The position numbers were made by a program, and so were the translations under genes. Of a DNA stretch of 64,000 nt, positions 58,016 through 64,000 are shown in pieces. The stretch is from assembly GCA_964016885.1 (NCBI GenBank), contig OZ024751.1, positions 18,724,001 to 18,788,000 of the forward strand. The letters are read 5' to 3'. Below the pieces are notes generated by a model. The model saw only the letters and a program-made list of their open reading frames with translations, had not been told where the DNA came from and did not search any database. Within the stretch, counting starts at the first letter, position 1. Each line of letters opens with the position of its first letter. This DNA is from Eledone cirrhosa. Its lineage: Eukaryota.

Positions 58016-59423
58016 TAACTTTGAATAACTTTGAAATGTTTTGGCCAGTATTGGCCCAGGCCATGTCTAACTTAATAGCACCACCTGGCGAAGTCTTTCA
58101 ATTCAGGATTTGGGCACCATAGCCCATTCGAGAAGAGAATTACTGTTTGCAGAGACATATCCGGGTGTGGGTGGTTTGTCCGGGATTACTTGGAGGAATT
58201 TGTCCAAAGACTTCTTGAATTTTGTGTGGTCAGTTTCTGTTTTGACGTGTCCTGGTGTGATGTTGAAGAGAGCAGGGCCGATTGAGGTGAAATAATTGTG
58301 CCGTATTGTTGTTATGAGTTGCGATTTAGATTTTTGAATGGGACGGTTAGCACGGGGCCCAAGCCTTGGGTGTATCTTGAAGGCGATGCCAACATCATTT
58401 GGGCAGTGATGATGGAACATTTTCCACATCATGCAGATAATATAACGCTCACGGCGACGTTGGAGTGAGTAAAGTTTCAGGTTTTCCAATCGACCCCAGT
58501 AGTCAAGGTCTGACATGCCATCTATCTTTTTCGTGATTGCCCTTTGAGGAGCTTCAAGTTTCATGATACTTTGTTTCGTGTGGGGAGACCACAGTGGACA
58601 ACAGTATTCAAGGTGTGGTCGGGCGAAAGTAGAGAAGAGAAGGATAATGGTGCGGGAATCTCTCGACTGGAAGGTTCTGAGGATCCAGGAACACATTCTG
58701 CGGGCCATGTCAACTTTGCTGCTTATATGCGTGGTCCAGCTTATGTTGCTGTCCACGGTTACTCCCAAGTCTCTGATGTTGTTAGATGCCACGAGAGTTT
58801 CCCCGGAGGGAAGGGAGTACGGGAGTTTCAGAGCATCCTCTTTTCCAAAGTGGATCAGTTCGAATTTGTCTTCGTTCAGTAACATGTTGTTCTTTTCTGC
58901 CCATTGGGTAACAGCCAGTAGGTCTGACTGAAGGCTTATCCGGTCATCCACGCCATTGATGACCTTTTGGAGCTTGGAATCATCAGCGAAAATTTTAATG
59001 TTGCTGTGTTTGATGGTGTCAGTGATGTCATTAATATAGATGATGAAGAGAAGTGGGCCCAACACAGTGCCTTGTGGGACTCCACTACTGACTTTGGCTG
59101 GGCTTGATTTGACTCCCTCAACTACAACATGTTGGGTTCTGTTTGACAGGAAGCTCTTGATCCACTGCAGCAGCTTTCCAGTGACACCAATATTGGACAG
59201 CTTTCTCAGTAGAATGTTATGATCAACCCTGTCAAAGGCCTTGCTGAAATCAAGGTAGATAACATCAGTGTTGGAACCCTCTCCCAAGGCTCTCAAAATG
59301 TCATCAAAGTGATGCAGTAGTTGCGTCAGGCAATCCCTTCCATTACGGAATCCATGCTGGTTGGAGTTCAGCATATTGTTACTCTCAAGGAAGTGGGTCA
59401 TTCGCGATCTCACCACTCGCTCA
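58016..59423 (-). mobile_element. 5'-truncated CR1/L2-group LINE
   Basis: RT ORF, short 3' UTR and terminal (TTCAAAGTTA)x2; embedded in TA microsatellite. Confidence 0.9.
58103..59416 (-). CDS. Non-LTR reverse transcriptase domain plus C-terminus (partial ORF2)
   Basis: QHGFR, YLDFSKAFDRVDH, SGVPQGTVLGPLLF, FADD, RDLGV, RPHLEY, LYSLQRRRER; 437 codons with no stop. Confidence 0.95.
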   Translation of the reverse strand: MVRSRMTHFLESNNMLNSNQHGFRNGRDCLTQLLHHFDDILRALGEGSNTDVIYLDFSKAFDRVDHNILLRKLSNIGVTGKLLQWIKSFLSNRTQHVVVEGVKSSPAKVSSGVPQGTVLGPLLFIIYINDITDTIKHSNIKIFADDSKLQKVINGVDDRISLQSDLLAVTQWAEKNNMLLNEDKFELIHFGKEDALKLPYSLPSGETLVASNNIRDLGVTVDSNISWTTHISSKVDMARRMCSWILRTFQSRDSRTIILLFSTFARPHLEYCCPLWSPHTKQSIMKLEAPQRAITKKIDGMSDLDYWGRLENLKLYSLQRRRERYIICMMWKMFHHHCPNDVGIAFKIHPRLGPRANRPIQKSKSQLITTIRHNYFTSIGPALFNITPGHVKTETDHTKFKKSLDKFLQVIPDKPPTPGYVSANSNSLLEWAMVPKS

Positions 59424-59597
59424 TATGTATATATATATATAAATCTCTATATATAAATCTATATATGTATACATATATGTATATATATATATATATAAAT
59501 CTCTATATATATACATATATGTATATATATATATATATATAAATCTATATATATATACATATATGTATATATATATATATAAATATATATATACATA

Positions 59598-59701
<104 letters not shown>

Positions 59702-59954
59702 TGTGTGTGCGTGCGACTGTATATATATATGTGTGTATGTGTCGATAAACATCACATTTTTTTCGTGTGGCTGCTGATGTCATTTGTCTCAATAAAGGAA
59801 ACACGTATTTTTTCCCCCTCCAATTCTAAACAGATCTTACCTACGGTGATTACATCTGATGTTTCCATGTTTGGCAACCACATCACTACAGACGCTAGCA
59901 CTTCTCCTCGCAGACACCGGAACTATGATACACCGGAAGTAATGATGCACTGAC

Positions 59955-60154
59955 TGCAACAACAACAACAAAAACAACAACAACAACAAAGAAGAAGAAG
60001 AAGAAGAAGAAGAAGAAGAAGAAGAAGAAGAAGAAGAAGAAGAAGAAAGCAAAAGAAAATAATAAAATTATAATAAAAATAACAAGATTAATATTGGCAA
60101 CAACAATTGCATCCACTGCCATCGTCACCGCCATTACCACTGTTACCGCCATCT

Positions 60155-60213
<59 letters not shown>

Positions 60214-60303
60214 TTACTACTACTACTACTATTACTACTATTACTACAACAACAATTGCATCCACTACCATCGTTACCACCATCACCACTGTTACCGCCA
60301 TCT

Positions 60304-60343
<40 letters not shown>

Positions 60344-60491
60344 GTTGCTACTACTAATGCTACTAATATTGCTGCTGCTACTATTGCTACTACTACTATT
60401 ACTACTATTACTACTATTACTACTACTACTACTATTACTACTACTACTACTACTACTACTAATGCTACTAATATTGCTGCTGCTACTATTG

Positions 60492-60547
<56 letters not shown>

Positions 60548-60590
60548 GTTGCTACTACTAATGCTACTAATATTGCTGCTGCTACTATTG

Positions 60591-60660
<70 letters not shown>

Positions 60661-60735
60661 TACTACTACTTCTACTACTACTACTTCTACTACTACTACT
60701 ACTACTACTACTATTACTACTACTACTACTATAGC
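59955..60735. repeat. (CAA)n, (GAA)n and (CTA)n microsatellites
   Basis: Direct inspection. Confidence 0.95.
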
Positions 60736-61402
60736 TCCATCCCAGCAGAGACATATTATATTCCAATATAATGTATCATATTACCCACAATAGTGTGGTG
60801 AGTGAGGGTATATTTAGCTGCTGTTTCTAGCATGTATTTAGTTGTCGTTGATGTTGATATTAAGCACTGGTCCACCATACCATTACGATCAAAGGCATTC
60901 CAACCGTGACCATACCTTATCATATTTTGTATATCCCATGGATGACAATCTCCTCCTTCATTCGCCCGTAATGTTGCTGAAGCTAAGGTGTAACAGGTTG
61001 TCTCTTGTCTTTTGATTGGACAACTATGATGGTGACATCAGGGGACATTGATGAAAGGGACAGTCAGAAGAAGGGATACTTATATACATGGGTGACAGCT
61101 GGGATTCCACAAAGAAAACTTACCTGCTGCTCAATAAAATGGTACATTATAGCTACGGTTACACCACCTGACGTATATTTCCGATATATATATATATATA
61201 TAGGAAAAAGTTTAACCCCGACGGCAGAGCTCAAGCTGTTTCGACGGCTATTTCTGGACTCCAGAAATAGCCGTCGAAACGGCTTGAGCTCTGCCGTCAG
61301 GGTTAAACATTTTCCTATTACCCACTCTACTACCCTAAGTATTGAGTCCTCTGGTGCGTTATGGTCCATCTGGTTCCTTACCACACCTCCTTCGTTATAT
61401 AT

Positions 61403-61435
<33 letters not shown>

Positions 61436-61472
61436 AAATATTAAACAAATAATGAATAAAACAATGAAACAC

Positions 61473-61509
<37 letters not shown>

Positions 61510-61526
61510 ATATGTTTGTATATATT

Positions 61527-61558
<32 letters not shown>

Positions 61559-61612
61559 TGTTTGTATATATTTATATATATATATGTATATATATATATG
61601 TTTGTATATATT

Positions 61613-61643
<31 letters not shown>

Positions 61644-61656
61644 GTTTGTATATATT

Positions 61657-61687
<31 letters not shown>

Positions 61688-61744
61688 GTTTGTATATATT
61701 TATATATATATATGTATATATATATATGTTTGTATATATATGTG

Positions 61745-61843
<99 letters not shown>

Positions 61844-62191
61844 ATGTATCACCTACATCGCAATCAATGAATACACTCAACAACAGCATTATCGATTTTA
61901 CCACCGATACTGCCTTCACTAATACACCTATACTCCCCCCCTCCCAACCCCTGCCACCACCACCACCTCCACCACCACCACCTCCTCAGTCAGGTTACCT
62001 CGCCACCCATCTTATCTGTATTAACTCATCAAACGAAGATCACAGCTGTTTATGTTTCCTCTCCTATCTGATGGTCGTCTTCTGACTTAAAACATTTCCA
62101 CCCTAAAACCTTTCTCTCCCCCTCTCTCTATCCCTTCACACGCTTTCCTTCTCTTTCTCTATATATTTCCTACTCACCCTGTCCCTTTACT

Positions 62192-62235
<44 letters not shown>

Positions 62236-62738
62236 ATATGTTAAATACATACATACATACATACATACACACACACGTATTTATACATATACACATACAT
62301 ACGTTGATACACACACTCATATATATATATATATATACATATATACAAGGTACCCCCCTCCCCCCCCCCCGCCGCTTGTGTCTGTGATGGCAAGTGTGAC
62401 ACACACACACACTCTCTATCTCTCTATCCCACACACACTCACACACACACACATATATATATATATATGTGTGTGTGTGTGTATATGTGTATGATATATG
62501 TATGTATATATATATATTTATTAAAATAACAGATTAAAGTCTTCATATTTAATATTATTACTATATATATATATATGTATATATATATGTGTGTGTGTGT
62601 GTGTGATATATATGTTTATATATATGTATGTGTGTGTGTGATATATATATGTTTATATATATGTATGTGTGTGTGTGAGATATATATATGTGTATGTATG
62701 ATACATATATATATATATATATCACTCTTTCCGTCTCC

Positions 62739-62840
<102 letters not shown>

Positions 62841-62875
62841 TATATATATATATGTGAGTATATATATATATTTAT

Positions 62876-62919
<44 letters not shown>

Positions 62920-62941
62920 ACTCTTTCCGTCTCATTCTCTG

Positions 62942-62985
<44 letters not shown>

Positions 62986-63184
62986 TGTGGGAGAGAGAGA
63001 GAGAGAGAGTGTGTGTGTGTGTCACACTTGCTTTCACCCTACCTCTACCAAACTATCAATCTGATTTTGTTTCATCTTCGATAAAAATAATTTAGGAGTT
63101 CATCTCAAGATCTCTAAATCTACCTAATAGGACATTTTTTCTTTCTTCCTCTGGTCACCAATCCCTGCCTCACCTTCAGACATC

Positions 63185-64000
63185 AAACAACATCACTACC
63201 ACTGCTACTACCATCACCACCAACCCCACCGCCATCAGCCCATCGCTACTAATACATACATCACCACCACCACCACTGTCATCATCCCCATAGCCACCAC
63301 CATCCCAACCCATATGCACACTACTATCATCACAGCCAACACCATCATCATCACCAACACCAACGTAAGCACCAAAGACAAATCACCATCACCACAACCA
63401 CTAATATTACAACCACCAACGCTACCACCTCCAACACGACTCTCAACACCGTCACCACTACCACCGCCTCCACCATAGCATCACGATCGACACACCACCA
63501 CCACCACCAGCATCGCCATCACCATCACCATCACCATCACCACTACCATCGCCACCACAACCACCACCATATGAACCCCGCTATCAACACTACAACCACC
63601 ATCACCACCACCACCACCAACATCACTATCCCCACCACCACCACCACCAACATCACTATCAACACTACCACCACCACCATCATCACTATCAACATTACCA
63701 CCACCACCACCACCACCACCACCACCAACATCACTATCAACACCACCGCCACCACCACCAACATAACTATCCCCACCACCACCACCACCACCAACATCAC
63801 TATCAACACTACCACCACCACCATCATCACTATCAACATTACCACCACCACCACCACCACCACCACCACCACCACCACCACTAACATCACTATCAACACC
63901 ACCGCCACCACCACCAACATCACTATCCCCACCACCACCACCACCAACATCACTATCAACACTACCACCACCACCAACATCACTATCAACACTACCACCA
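63185..64000. repeat. (CCA)n-rich minisatellite (CAACATCACTATC core)
   Basis: Direct inspection. Confidence 0.9.

Overview
AT-rich eukaryotic DNA dominated by (TA)n, (CA)n, (CATA)n and trinucleotide microsatellites. The repeat content (tRNA-derived SINEs, RTE/CR1/Tx1-like LINE remnants, extreme TA density) best fits an invertebrate, probably an octopod cephalopod; this is inference. Almost all ORFs in the track are translated microsatellites. Real coding sequence is limited to a 5'-truncated CR1/L2-group RT ORF (58103-59416, -), an RTE LINE 3' fragment inserted into a SINE with a 9-bp TSD (43197-43620), a probable Tx1/L1-like 3' end (about 10490-10945, -) and one plausible terminal host exon (7429-7605, +). 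The main finding is that the short 100-500 bp islands between (TA)n tracts are not random. By eye I count about 20 type-I hammerhead ribozyme motifs from about a dozen unrelated sequence families. Most have a minimal palindromic helix III, an AAUAAA at or just after helix I, and a 3' tail with a shared GAGTRC-type motif ending at a (TA)n junction. Many are fold-back palindromes with copy-specific apices. This fits non-coding Penelope-like pLTR derivatives that target TA microsatellites. All folds and alignments were done by eye and need computational and biochemical confirmation.
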